In this document: one piece after another, positions 21,332 to 31,099 of the stretch
Layout of the letters: every line of letters starts with the position of its first letter
Numbering within the stretch: position 1 is the first letter of the stretch
Assembly (NCBI GenBank): GCA_033977065.1
Contig: JAXCHI010000003.1
Location: 544,001-608,000 of the forward strand
Origin: Candidatus Algichlamydia australiensis
Lineage (GTDB): Bacteria; Chlamydiota; Chlamydiia; Chlamydiales; JAJFMI01
Direction of reading: 5' to 3'
DNA length: 64,000 nt
Program-made: the position numbers and the translations under genes
The notes under the pieces: generated by a model
What the model was told of the DNA's origin: nothing
Seen by the model: only the letters and a program-made list of their open reading frames with translations
Databases searched by the model: none

Positions 21332-21405
21332 CACTAACAACAGGAGAGGTCTAAGCAATTGCTCTTTTCGATCTAAATTGTTTAGAAACTCCAAGGGAGA
21401 GATCC

Positions 21406-22053
21406 GTGAATTTTACACGAGAACCAATGATTGAAACGATCATCACACCGCGTGATGGATTTAAGCTCATACTTCGCGCGAATCGCGGAGATAAGGAATT
21501 TAACGTAGATGCAGTTGAAGTGGTAAACTTTGGTAATGCGCTCTTTTTTCGCTCAACAGAGCGTCCAAAATCTTTCCTGCTACCAGTAGCAGAATATGAA
21601 GTTGTGGAGACACGAGAAACACGTGTTGTTCTTAAAAACGCTTCTGTTGACAAATCGGTAAAAATTGCCGGTGGTAAAGAGGCAAAAGAAGAGAAAGAGC
21701 CTGCGCCAAAAGAGGCGAAAAAACGCGAGCGTCGTCGCACGCGCCGCCGTCGTGGATCTGCAACAGAAGAGACAGCAGAAGGTGAAGCTGCGCCCACAAA
21801 AGTCTTTACAGGACTTATCCCTCCGCCATCCAATCTCATTTCTGAAGAGGAAAAACCGAAAGAGCCTGATCTTTTCAAAGATCAGTTAGGTGAAGGGGAG
21901 ACTAAGAAAGAGGAGCAGCCTAAAAAGGAAGCAAAACCGGATGAACTCACTCCTGAAAAGGAGCAAGGTCAGCCACCGCTACCACCTTTCGACCATTCGG
22001 ATAAAGCAATACCTGTCATTGCACCGCCGCCAATGCCAAATGAAGAGGAGTAA
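21406..22053 (+). CDS. grgA: Chlamydia-specific transcription factor GrgA (CT504 homologue)
   Basis: N-terminus FTREPMIETIITPRDGFKL...VDAVEVV...KSFLLP..EYEV, basic RRR tract and LIPPP motif match GrgA as I recall it; directly downstream of gapA as in Chlamydia. Confidence 0.85.
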   Translation: MNFTREPMIETIITPRDGFKLILRANRGDKEFNVDAVEVVNFGNALFFRSTERPKSFLLPVAEYEVVETRETRVVLKNASVDKSVKIAGGKEAKEEKEPAPKEAKKRERRRTRRRRGSATEETAEGEAAPTKVFTGLIPPPSNLISEEEKPKEPDLFKDQLGEGETKKEEQPKKEAKPDELTPEKEQGQPPLPPFDHSDKAIPVIAPPPMPNEEE

Positions 22054-22059
22054 AAATCC

Positions 22060-22088
22060 TTGAAACACAAACTCTGAAGGATTATAAT
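22060..22088 (+). promoter_or_regulatory. Promoter of tRNA-Leu
   Basis: TTGAAA-17 nt-TATAAT; the -10 sits in the loop of the inverted repeat ACTCTGAAGG/CCTTCAGAGT, which may also terminate grgA. Confidence 0.7.
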
Positions 22089-22110
22089 TACCCCTTCAGA
22101 GTCTCCATCT

Positions 22111-22195
22111 GCTCGGATGGTGGAATTGGTAGACACAAGGGACTTAAAATCCCTTGACCTTTTAGGTCGTGCGGGTTCAAGTCCCGCTCCGAGTA
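22111..22195 (+). tRNA. tRNA-Leu (anticodon TAA), CCA not encoded
   Basis: GCTCGGA/TCCGAGT acceptor stem, TGGTGGAATTGGTAGAC D arm, AGGGA-CTTAAAA-TCCCT anticodon arm, long variable arm, GGTTCAAGTCC T arm. Confidence 0.97.
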
Positions 22196-22204
22196 ACTTG
22201 TTGA

Positions 22205-22329
22205 TTGGGATCTTTTTCCTTCTAGCACTTTATCTGCTAGACTCTCATCGCTCGGAAAGGTTAGTTTAACCTTCCCTTCGCTCCTCGAGCTACCATCTAA
22301 AGTACTAGAAGAAAAAATCTCTCCAATCC
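22205..22329. repeat. Imperfect foldback element (~125 bp)
   Basis: GATTGG...TTTTTCCTTCTAGCACTTTA pairs with TAAAGTACTAGAAGAAAAAA...CCAATC; inner GGAAAGGTTA/TAACCTTCC hairpin. Confidence 0.55.
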
Positions 22330-22488
22330 CCAAGTTCCTCGCAGCGGGGCTCCGAGTAATTTCGAACGTTAGTAAGAAATAGCAAGAATTAATGCCCATC
22401 TTTGCTTTTGCCTCGCTCGAAAAGACTAATTAAACCTTTCCTTTGAGTAAATTTTGGACTCAGATGTGGGAAACGCGCGTAATTTTTA

Positions 22489-23727
22489 TCACTCTCTTTT
22501 CGCTACGATTGTAATTGAACCGATCCCAACAAGGCTTGGGCCATTAAAAGCGCCTATAAAATAAGTATTGACCTCTCCCTTTCTTTTATTGTGATCTATA
22601 AATACCCGAGGGCCTCCTGCATTAACAACACCAATAAGGTGAGTTAAATTCTCATCCAAAAAAATTCTGTACTCTTTTACATTAGCTCCATCTGGTGGAG
22701 ACCAAGTGATGCGATTGTATAGCTCTGTTTGGGTAAGAAAAATGTTCATTTTACTGCTTCCTAAAATATCCATTGTGAGCGAAGGAGTGACAGCAACTCC
22801 AACCGGCTGAGATCCAACAGGAATACTTCCAATCACTGTGTCTGTGTTTGCATCAATAATAGAGACATTATTGCTAAAACGATTGGCAACATAAGCCTTT
22901 TCTCCATCTGGCGTAAATGCGATTCCATTAGGATTATTTCCTACCTCAATAGTTCCAGTTACAGTGTCTGTAGCGACATCAATGATGTAGATTTCATCAG
23001 TTGGTGCATTGCCTTGTGTACCGACATATAATTTGGTTCCGTCAGGTGATATTGCCATGCTAATTGGTTGATCTCCTACTGGAATAGTATCAATGACTGT
23101 ATCTGTTGCAGTTGCAATCACAGAAACATTATCGCTATTTAAATTTGCGACATACACTTTAGTGCCATCAGGAGTCACAACATCAGTTTCAGCAGGGTTA
23201 TTGCCGACTTGAATGGCTGTCAGTACAGTATTGGATGGAATGTCAATCACAGAAACATTATTCGTAGAAAAATTTGTCACATAAGCTTTTTTTCCATTAG
23301 GTGTAATTGCAATGTCTACAGGGAATGCACCGACAGCGATAGTTCCTGTTTCAATGCCACTTGATACATCAACAACTGAAACTGTGCTATCAAATGCATT
23401 TGTGACATAAGAGGTAATTCCATTTGGGGTAAATGCGCTATTCACTGGAAAATTTCCAACAGAGATCGTATTAATCACTGTATCTGTTCCTGTATCGATT
23501 ACACTGATGTTATCTGTTCCTTCATTCATAACATAAGCAATTGTACCATCAGGTGAAACCTCGACTCCTGTTGGTAAAGAGCCGACTGCGATCGTGTTAA
23601 TAACAGTATCTGTTGATTCATCAATGACAGAAACGCTTGCTCCACTTTGATTTGTGACATAAACTTTGAGCTCTCCAATCAAAGGAATGCAGATACAAGA
23701 GAGGCAAATAACAACCCATTGAAACAT
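22489..23727 (-). CDS. Secreted YncE/YVTN beta-propeller repeat protein
   Basis: Signal peptide plus ~7 repeats of YV[TA]N..S..VSVID..T.TV..TI.VG..P..[IV]A.[ST]PDG; short C-terminal beta domain. Confidence 0.9.
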   Translation of the reverse strand: MFQWVVICLSCICIPLIGELKVYVTNQSGASVSVIDESTDTVINTIAVGSLPTGVEVSPDGTIAYVMNEGTDNISVIDTGTDTVINTISVGNFPVNSAFTPNGITSYVTNAFDSTVSVVDVSSGIETGTIAVGAFPVDIAITPNGKKAYVTNFSTNNVSVIDIPSNTVLTAIQVGNNPAETDVVTPDGTKVYVANLNSDNVSVIATATDTVIDTIPVGDQPISMAISPDGTKLYVGTQGNAPTDEIYIIDVATDTVTGTIEVGNNPNGIAFTPDGEKAYVANRFSNNVSIIDANTDTVIGSIPVGSQPVGVAVTPSLTMDILGSSKMNIFLTQTELYNRITWSPPDGANVKEYRIFLDENLTHLIGVVNAGGPRVFIDHNKRKGEVNTYFIGAFNGPSLVGIGSITIVAKRE

Positions 23728-23837
23728 ATATTTTCTCCTCTTTTGTTGTAATTAGCATTGCAAAACTAATTCAAATTAAAAATCGAAAAAGTTGGCTTTA
23801 ATTACCAAAATTACAGCAAAAACAAAAAATGAATAAC

Positions 23838-23902
23838 TAACTCAAGTCACTACCCAATTTCTTCTATGGAGAGAGGAGGGAAAAACGTAATGACTTGAGT
23901 TA
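23838..23902. mobile_element. Miniature inverted-repeat element (65 bp)
   Basis: TAACTCAAGTCACTAC ... GTAATGACTTGAGTTA, 15/16 complementary, TA at both ends. Confidence 0.5.
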
Positions 23903-24023
23903 ACTATCCGAATAGTACAAGAACAAAGAAGAATCAACAACATATTTCAATCAGACACTCTCTAAAATCGTTCATGCAAATGAAAATATTGGATAAAAAT
24001 ATTTCTGGTGTTACTACTAGGTA

Positions 24024-24632
24024 ATGATTAAGAAAAATATTTTAATATGGAATTTCAAAACTGTGATGTTTTTTCTAATCACTGTTTTTGGCTTCTGTCA
24101 ATGTCAAGCTATCGAAGTTTTATCAGAGGTCAGAGCCGCTTACTATTACCCTACAGACTCTCGGTTTCGCGATATCTACTCAAATGCAGGTCTTTATAGT
24201 TTTGAAACCAGTGTCCAAACTTATAAAAAACTCTACTCGTGGACCAGTATAGGCTTCCTGTATACTTCTGGAAATTCATTAGGTGAAGAGGATAGTACAG
24301 AACTATATATGGTGCCAATAGGACTTGGGTTAAAGTACTTCTTCCATTATCGACGCGTTAAACCCTATCTAGGTGGAGGACTTTTGACCAGTTATGTACA
24401 TATTCATAATGATTCCGCCTATGTCGAGCGCAATCAGTCTGATTGGGTTATTGGAGGAATTGTCAAGACGGGTTTGCTCGCTGATCTTTCAGAGGCTGTA
24501 TTTTTAGATTTTTTCATGGACTATACCTATTTGAGCAAAAATTTCGATAGCTCAAGTCATCGATATGTTATCACGCGTAAAGGGAATCTGAGTGGACTCT
24601 CTTTTGGTGCTGGTCTGGGATATCGCTTCTAA
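24024..24632 (+). CDS. Small outer-membrane beta-barrel protein (OmpW/OmpA-TM-like)
   Basis: Signal peptide, alternating aromatic strands, PYLGGG, C-terminal GAGLGYRF beta signal. Confidence 0.8.
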   Translation: MIKKNILIWNFKTVMFFLITVFGFCQCQAIEVLSEVRAAYYYPTDSRFRDIYSNAGLYSFETSVQTYKKLYSWTSIGFLYTSGNSLGEEDSTELYMVPIGLGLKYFFHYRRVKPYLGGGLLTSYVHIHNDSAYVERNQSDWVIGGIVKTGLLADLSEAVFLDFFMDYTYLSKNFDSSSHRYVITRKGNLSGLSFGAGLGYRF

Positions 24633-24865
24633 TCGACGAATCAATCGCGATGATTTTTCGCAGAAGTTCTGAAGAAACCGGGCTTTTCCAAAAAGCGCAA
24701 GAAATGGGCTAAAATAGGTTCTTCGAAATTGATCGCTTATTTTGTCTCCAATTTTTTCATCTTTAAAAATACAAATGAAATATTTAGACAATCTTTTCGA
24801 TCAATGCTGATGGAGAAAACTTTTTCTGTTACTATATCCCCATATGAATGCGCATTCGCGTATAT

Positions 24866-25030
24866 TAGATAGCGTCGTCAAAAGCATAGAACCATCTTAT
24901 TTTTCATGTTTGGGCTCCATTTTTGTGCTCAAATGAAGCGGAATTTACAAATTCAGCTTCAATTTCCGCACAAAAATAAGCTGCAAACATGAAAAATAAT
25001 CTGATTATAGCCTTTTGACGACACTATCTA
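24866..25030. mobile_element. MITE-like foldback element, family A, copy 1 (165 bp)
   Basis: Terminal IR TAGATAGCGTCGTCAAAA / TTTTGACGACACTATCTA; nested IRs throughout; ~110 bp identical to 42649-42758. Confidence 0.8.
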
Positions 25031-25062
25031 GTTGGAATTGTTCTGTAGCTTTAAAGGGAAGC

Positions 25063-27054
25063 ATGCAAAGAAAAATAACAGTATTTTTTTTAACTTTTTT
25101 GATTATGGGTAATACACAAAGTATGAATATTTTTACTGATATTGCAAAAGAGGAGCTCTGCCGCACTCCTGATTTTATTTCCGCAAAAATCAGTCCTGAT
25201 GGGAAACTGATTGCGAAGATTGGTGCGGATGAATTTGGGATTCCTAATGTAACCGTATCTCCTATTGATGAAGCTGGGGCAGCTTCTCCATGTTTAAGCT
25301 CGTTTAAAACTCCTGAGATTATCCAATTTTTTTGGTCTGCTGATAGTAAAAAAGTTTTACTTCTTAAGGATGAAGAGGGAAAAGGGCAGCTCCATTTGCA
25401 CGGTTTTGATGTAGAGACAAAAGAGCACACACCTTACACAAAACAGTTTTCTCAGGTAAATACAAAAGTGATTAAACTAAGCTCCACAGAGAATGTAGCT
25501 GTTGTGGGATTGAATCATCGAAATCCGCACTTTCATGACTTATATAAACTCAACTTAGATTCTGGCCAGTTTTCCCTTTTGCTTGAAAATGATACTTTTG
25601 CAAATTTTCTTTTTAGCGATGATTTAGAGGCATTTCTTAAAATAAAAATCCACGAAGATGGATCTTGGACTGCTTATTTAGACGATGATACTGTTTTTCT
25701 TAATTTAACGGCTGAAGAGGCATTTGAGACGAAATTTCTTTCGTATAATAACCAGGAAAAGCGGGTGCACTTTTTAGACAACCGTTTTTCCAATACGAAT
25801 CAGTTAACGCAGAAGAGCGTTGAGGCTCCCTATGAAGAAAAAGTTTTAGGCGGGCAAAAGTTTAGCGATGTAGATGAAGTGATCTTTTTCCAAGGAAAGC
25901 CCAAAGCATATGCCTCCTATTACACACAGAAAAAATGGCATACGATCGATTCAAAAATTCAACAAGACATAGATTTTTTGATTGAGAAGGTGGGGAGCAA
26001 TTTTACACTTGTAAGCCTTAATCAGGAGGCTAGTATTTGGATCGTTTCGAACAGCATCCCTGATAAAGGAAACTACTTTTGGATTTTTCAAAGAGATTCT
26101 CATAAACTTACACAAATTTCACCTTCAACCTCCTGCGAGCCGAAAGATTATTCTAAAATGTACGAAATGGTGGTAACAGCAAGAGATGGAAAACAGCTTG
26201 TATGTTACTACACAATTCCAAGAGAATATGATCGAGGCGGCTATCTAGATACTCCGCTTCCTCTTGTAGTCATTCCTCATGGAGGGCCATTTAAAGTACG
26301 AGACAAGTTTGAATTCAACCCCTATCATCAATGGCTTGCGAGTTGTGGGTACGCAGCTCTCAGTGTCAATTTTCGTCTCTCTTCAGGCTTTGGCAAGGAA
26401 TTTGTCAATGCTGGAAATGGAGAATGGGGTGGAAAAGCGCATTTAGACGTAATCGACGCTGTCGAAGCGTGCATAGAAAAAGGTCTAACGGAAAGAGGCA
26501 GGCAGGCTGTTTTTGGCGGTAGCTACGGAGGGTATGAATCTTTGGCCGCGCTAACTTTCACACCTAAATATTTTAACTGCTGTGTAGCAATTTGTGGTCC
26601 TTCTAACTTAAAAACCGTCCTTAAATCCACACCAGAGTTTTGGGAGTTTACCTCTAAGCCACTATCTGACGAAACCATGTTTTTTACCCGGAGAGCCTTT
26701 GTAACTAGTATGGGAGGTGATCCTAATGATGAAGAGGGGGCTAAATATTTGGAAAAGTGTTCTCCGTTGCATCATCTTAATGAGATTCAATCCCCATTAC
26801 TGCTTGTTCATGGCAAAAATGATCATGTTGTGACAGAAAATGAATCTAGGCAAATTTATGATTCCATGAAAAAAAACAATAAGGATGTAACATACATTTT
26901 CTTCCCTAACGAGGGACATCGGTTTGCAAATTATGCAAATAATTTGATGTATTTGGATCAAGCTGAGCAGTTCCTGTCTCAACACTTAGGAGGGAAGTAT
27001 CGTCCAGCTGAAAGATCACTACTTGCGGACTCAACTGGAGAAGTTTTCAGCTAA
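25063..27054 (+). CDS. S9 family prolyl oligopeptidase / acylaminoacyl peptidase
   Basis: Beta-propeller N-terminus; HGGP, GGSYGG, D-HVV, EGH catalytic motifs. Start uncertain (25063-25123); the track start overlaps the MITE. Confidence 0.9.
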   Translation: MQRKITVFFLTFLIMGNTQSMNIFTDIAKEELCRTPDFISAKISPDGKLIAKIGADEFGIPNVTVSPIDEAGAASPCLSSFKTPEIIQFFWSADSKKVLLLKDEEGKGQLHLHGFDVETKEHTPYTKQFSQVNTKVIKLSSTENVAVVGLNHRNPHFHDLYKLNLDSGQFSLLLENDTFANFLFSDDLEAFLKIKIHEDGSWTAYLDDDTVFLNLTAEEAFETKFLSYNNQEKRVHFLDNRFSNTNQLTQKSVEAPYEEKVLGGQKFSDVDEVIFFQGKPKAYASYYTQKKWHTIDSKIQQDIDFLIEKVGSNFTLVSLNQEASIWIVSNSIPDKGNYFWIFQRDSHKLTQISPSTSCEPKDYSKMYEMVVTARDGKQLVCYYTIPREYDRGGYLDTPLPLVVIPHGGPFKVRDKFEFNPYHQWLASCGYAALSVNFRLSSGFGKEFVNAGNGEWGGKAHLDVIDAVEACIEKGLTERGRQAVFGGSYGGYESLAALTFTPKYFNCCVAICGPSNLKTVLKSTPEFWEFTSKPLSDETMFFTRRAFVTSMGGDPNDEEGAKYLEKCSPLHHLNEIQSPLLLVHGKNDHVVTENESRQIYDSMKKNNKDVTYIFFPNEGHRFANYANNLMYLDQAEQFLSQHLGGKYRPAERSLLADSTGEVFS

Positions 27055-27139
27055 TTTTTTGTTATATAATAGGTAATGAGCCCGATGTTACAGCTGTTAT
27101 GTGTGATATTGCTGATGACACATTTAATTATGTTCTAGC

Positions 27140-27196
27140 GGCTCAATTTTAAGGGGGTCATATCCACAAGCTGATATTACCCCCTTAAACTGAGTC
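27140..27196. terminator. Hairpin between convergent genes (terminator or foldback remnant)
   Basis: CTCAATTTTAAGGGGG.CATATC / GATAT.ACCCCCTTAAACTGAG. Confidence 0.45.
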
Positions 27197-27258
27197 CAAA
27201 AATCGACCAAAATAATCCAAAACTCAACGAAAGTTCATTTGAAGACACTCTCTATGTT

Positions 27259-27861
27259 CTATAAAAAACTGGTTAATTTCTCAAATTTTCCTGGAGCGGC
27301 GCGCTGAATATCATCTAAAAAAGCCTCTTTATCAGATGCATTCATATGTGGGAAAAGTCCGTTTAACATGGAAGTTAACTGGTTAGGAGTCATCGCTTTG
27401 TATGTAGGCTCTTCAACCATTCTTAGCTCACTATCAGTATAATGTTTTTGCAATTCGGGTAGAATCGAGGTCTCTTCCTCATGAAGATGCAGTAAATTCT
27501 CCCCAACAAATTTTCTGTAAGTTAAGTAGAGTTGATAACCTTTTTCAACTTTTTTTTCGGGAGAGCTTTCGTTATTAATTGCTTCTAACAAGTCATCAAT
27601 AAGGCGAAAAGTATCATCAAAGCTCTCATGATCTTCATGAGCGTGTAAATGTGCTTTTGAGCCTTTTTTTTCCAGGAGTGGATGAAGACGCTCCTCTTCG
27701 TATTTAGCATGTTCGTGGAGCATATGTGATACTTCCTGCCATTCAGTTTTTACGCTACTCGTTTCCTGATAGCTTCTAAAATCTGTTTTGGCAATAAGGC
27801 GCTCTAATTTGTTAAGGGCAGCACTCACATACTTATGTTCTCTATAAAATTTATATCTCAT
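27259..27861 (-). CDS. Hemerythrin (HHE) domain protein
   Basis: His/Glu ligand spacing EHK...HEHAKYEE...EDH...HLHEEE. Confidence 0.85.
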   Translation of the reverse strand: MRYKFYREHKYVSAALNKLERLIAKTDFRSYQETSSVKTEWQEVSHMLHEHAKYEEERLHPLLEKKGSKAHLHAHEDHESFDDTFRLIDDLLEAINNESSPEKKVEKGYQLYLTYRKFVGENLLHLHEEETSILPELQKHYTDSELRMVEEPTYKAMTPNQLTSMLNGLFPHMNASDKEAFLDDIQRAAPGKFEKLTSFL

Positions 27862-28427
27862 AATTTTTCCTTTTTTGATAAATATCTTTCTAAAATATAG
27901 CCTCTTATTTCATGCAGAGGGTAGGAGGAGGGTTCGAGCATATACTCAAGAGAAATACCCTGTAATAAAGAGCGCATATAAGTGGCTTCAAGTTCAGGGT
28001 TTGAGAAGCCGAGCTCTCGGAACAAACTTTGTTCCATTTCAAATATCTTTTTAAATGTATTTTGAAATTTTTTCATGGCTTCTTGGATAGCTTTGGCTCC
28101 ATCATTACTCAAAAAGAGCAAGTTATAAAGTTTTAGCTTTTCGGTCTCTTCTTGAAGCTCTCGAAGGACGAAGTCGACAAGAAAAATAAGCTTATCTTTT
28201 GCTGATGTTAGCTGACTCATTCCCTCGACAAGTGGCAAAAAGTCCTGCAGTCGTTTTTCTGAAAAGATAACTAGGAGATCTTTTTTGTTTTTAAAGTAGT
28301 GGTAAAAAAGAGCTTTGGAAGTTCCAGCTTCTTTAGTGATGTCTGAGATGCTGCTGCCATGATATCCTTTTTTTGAGAAAACTTTCATGGCGGCATTAAG
28401 AATTACAAGTCTATTTTTATCCTTCAT
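27858..28427 (-). CDS. TetR/AcrR family transcriptional regulator
   Basis: ILNAAMKVFSKKGYHGSSISDITKEAGTSKALFYHYFKNKKDL HTH. Confidence 0.95.
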   Translation of the reverse strand: MKDKNRLVILNAAMKVFSKKGYHGSSISDITKEAGTSKALFYHYFKNKKDLLVIFSEKRLQDFLPLVEGMSQLTSAKDKLIFLVDFVLRELQEETEKLKLYNLLFLSNDGAKAIQEAMKKFQNTFKKIFEMEQSLFRELGFSNPELEATYMRSLLQGISLEYMLEPSSYPLHEIRGYILERYLSKKEKL

Positions 28428-28435
28428 AAACTATG

Positions 28436-28464
28436 ACTATATCAAACGCTGACCGATCGGTCAA
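28436..28464 (-). promoter_or_regulatory. tetR promoter with overlapping palindromic operator
   Basis: Minus strand TTGACC-17 nt-TATAGT; perfect 14-bp palindrome TGACCGATCGGTCA (28450-28463) covers the -35; only 8 nt between the -10 and ATG. Confidence 0.8.
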
Positions 28465-28702
28465 CACAAAGTTCGCTAAAATTGAAATTCTCTTGTTTTG
28501 AAGAATTTTTTTCCAAATAAATATACGTGTGAAGATTAAGCAATTTTCAAAAGTTATTCCAAAGGAGTTTCACCAAAAGATTCTTGATGAAATTTTAGAA
28601 CTGTATGGTGAAAAAACCTCTTCAAAACAGGAAAGTAAAAGAGATCAAATTACCTATTTTGATACAATGTGTAAGGTTATTGTAAAAAAGTAGGAGGTCT
28701 TT

Positions 28703-29533
28703 GTGTCTTTCATCACCGTTCGAGGAAAAAAACTCTACTTTCAAGATCGAGGAGAAGGATTTCCTCTGCTTTTTGGTCATAGCTATTTGTGGTCATCCAA
28801 AATGTGGCAACTGCAACTGGATTTTTTATCAAAACACTTTCGATGTATAGCGACAGATCTTTGGGATCACGGTATCTCCGATCACTTAGGCGAAGAGTTT
28901 AGTTTAGAGTCTTGTGCCGAAGAGCACTGGCAGTTAATGCAGCACTTGGAGGTAGATGAGTTTGCAATGATTGGTCTTTCTGTCGGGGGAATGTGGGGAA
29001 CTCACTTGGCTCTGCAGCATCCAGAAGCAGTAAAAGCTCTGGTTTTGATGGATACTTTTGTGGGATCAGAGCCTAGTGTCTCTCAAAAGCGTTACTTCAA
29101 TCTACTGGATAAATTGGAGAGTGACGGTCGCTTTACGCCAGAATTTTTTGACCTGATTGCTCCTATGTTTTTCTCTCCCCATACTTTTCAAAATCAAAAA
29201 GAGTTGGTTGACAACTTTCGTAAAGAATTACTGGCAGTTGAGAGCGAGAGGATTCCTGGGATTGTAGAAATTGGGCGCAAAATTTTTTCACGAGCAGATC
29301 TGTTGCCCAAATTGAGCACAATTGAGCAGCCCTCTCTTGTGATTGTTGGTAGAGATGACCTTCCTCGTCCACCAAAAGAGTCAGAGCTTATGGCAGAGAG
29401 TTTGCCACACGCAACTTTGCAAATTGTAGAAAATGCGGGACACATCAGTAACTTGGAGCAAATAGAAGAAGTAAATTCTCTTCTTTTCAACTTTATTCAA
29501 ACGGTTTCTCAAAAGATGGAGGTAAACCAATGA
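28703..29533 (+). CDS. Alpha/beta fold hydrolase
   Basis: GHSY oxyanion loop, GLSVGG nucleophile, VGRDD, AGH; AGGAGG RBS. Confidence 0.92.
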   Translation: MSFITVRGKKLYFQDRGEGFPLLFGHSYLWSSKMWQLQLDFLSKHFRCIATDLWDHGISDHLGEEFSLESCAEEHWQLMQHLEVDEFAMIGLSVGGMWGTHLALQHPEAVKALVLMDTFVGSEPSVSQKRYFNLLDKLESDGRFTPEFFDLIAPMFFSPHTFQNQKELVDNFRKELLAVESERIPGIVEIGRKIFSRADLLPKLSTIEQPSLVIVGRDDLPRPPKESELMAESLPHATLQIVENAGHISNLEQIEEVNSLLFNFIQTVSQKMEVNQ

Positions 29534-30345
29534 GAAAGGTTTTTTTAACAGCAGTATTAGGGATGATCGCCCTTTTTTCAGGAGAGGGAAAGATCTCTTT
29601 TTATCCAAATCCTGAGATCGAAGGAGGACAAATTGAGGTTTATTCACAAGTCCCTGACATAACATCGAAAAAGTTGATTGTAACTTTAGGCGGAGCTGAC
29701 AATCCTGGGATTAAGTTTGATGATGAGAGAAGAACTTGGTTTGAACATTGGCTCAATAAAGGCTATTGTGTTGCACTAGTAGCTCTGCCGGGTTTTGGCG
29801 AGAGTTCTGGAAGGCGAGATCTACATGGCCCGCTATCAGTAAAAACTTTAAGTCATGCAATCGATGCCCTGATCGCCGAATATCAAATAGAGCAGACAGG
29901 GGTTATTGGTTTTGGCTATGGAGGGGCGACAGCCCTGCTTTTAACGGCCCAAAGAGATGATATCAACTGCTTAGTTTGTGCTAATGGCCTAGGCAATTTG
30001 CAGCGGATGAAGAACAATCCTTCGTGGATGTCTAGGTTTTTATCCCGGAATTATAATTTCAATTATGAAGATGAAGATGCGCTTCGCGCTCGCGTTCCTT
30101 ATTATCACGTGGATAAGATGCATACTCCACTTTATATTCTTCATCGATTTCCCCATCGTTGGGTTGACTTTGAAGGTGTAAACGAATTTGTGCAAGCAAT
30201 GAGAGAAAAAGGGAGAGAGTGCCAAGTTGCGATCCAACAAAAACGGCCTGAAGATCATCCAACCCGAGTTTCGATGGAAGAAGTTTTAGAAGTAACAGAG
30301 GAGTGGTTTGATCAGCATATGGAGAAAAATGGGCACGGGGTATGA
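29530..30345 (+). CDS. Exported alpha/beta hydrolase-fold protein lacking the nucleophile Ser
   Basis: Signal peptide; LPGFGESSG; nucleophile elbow reads GFGYGG; PLYILH. Confidence 0.7.
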   Translation: MRKVFLTAVLGMIALFSGEGKISFYPNPEIEGGQIEVYSQVPDITSKKLIVTLGGADNPGIKFDDERRTWFEHWLNKGYCVALVALPGFGESSGRRDLHGPLSVKTLSHAIDALIAEYQIEQTGVIGFGYGGATALLLTAQRDDINCLVCANGLGNLQRMKNNPSWMSRFLSRNYNFNYEDEDALRARVPYYHVDKMHTPLYILHRFPHRWVDFEGVNEFVQAMREKGRECQVAIQQKRPEDHPTRVSMEEVLEVTEEWFDQHMEKNGHGV

Positions 30346-31099
30346 CAGAAGCTTTGTAGAGCTTGTCGAATTTATTTATGGGGAAGGGAATCTCTCGCAA
30401 GGTGGGAGTGAGTCGACATTTTCCCAATTTGAAGGGATTGATCTTGAAGGGAAAAAGCTTTTAGATATTGGCTGCGGTCTTGGCGGTCGTGACATGGAGC
30501 TAGTCAAGGCTTTTGATGTTGACGTTACAGGAATTGATCCTGAAGCTTTTTTAATCCAGATGGCAAAAGAGCGCTTGGCGCAGAAAATGATGAAAGGTAG
30601 AGTCGATTTCCAAGTGACTAAGAATCCGCTAACGCTTTTGCAATTTGCAGATGGCTCGTTTGATGTTCTTGCAGCACGTGAGACTCTTTTGCATATTCCT
30701 GTAGAAAAAAAAGAAGCCTATTTCAAGGAGATGTTTCGAGTCTTAAAGCCAGGGGGAAAAATTACTGTCATTGATTGGATTCGCAATCGTCCCTACTCCG
30801 AAACAACCTTGAAAATGATGGAGATGGATGGTGTTGCTTTCAACATGATTCGCTCAGAAGAAGTAAAGGATCTTTTGCAAAATGCTGGTTTTAAAGGCGT
30901 GCAGATCATTGACAAAACTGAGGAAAACATTGCCGATACGGATTATTATGTGCGAAAAATTGAAAATACAAAAGATGAGTTTATTGAACGATTTGGCGCA
31001 GATGAATATGATTATTCTTTACTAAGTTGGAGTCATCAAAAGAGGGCTTTTGAAAATAGGGAAATACAGGTAGTGAAAATAATCGCGGATAAAGAATGA
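30329..31099 (+). CDS. Class I SAM-dependent methyltransferase (phosphoethanolamine/sarcosine N-methyltransferase-like)
   Basis: EFIYGEGNLSQGG, LLDIGCGLGG, FDV...RETLLHI, RVLKPGG; ATG 30329 after GGAG. Confidence 0.85.
   Translation: MGTGYDRSFVELVEFIYGEGNLSQGGSESTFSQFEGIDLEGKKLLDIGCGLGGRDMELVKAFDVDVTGIDPEAFLIQMAKERLAQKMMKGRVDFQVTKNPLTLLQFADGSFDVLAARETLLHIPVEKKEAYFKEMFRVLKPGGKITVIDWIRNRPYSETTLKMMEMDGVAFNMIRSEEVKDLLQNAGFKGVQIIDKTEENIADTDYYVRKIENTKDEFIERFGADEYDYSLLSWSHQKRAFENREIQVVKIIADKE

Noticed and set aside
22170..22195. tRNA 3' end as a duplicated att site
   Set aside because: No second copy found by eye in the window
22088..22399. 103-aa minus-strand ORF
   Set aside because: Antisense to tRNA-Leu and a hairpin element
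22780..23670. Periodic DNA similarity resembling an array
   Set aside because: Protein-level YVTN propeller repeats, not CRISPR; no repeat-spacer array or cas gene in the window
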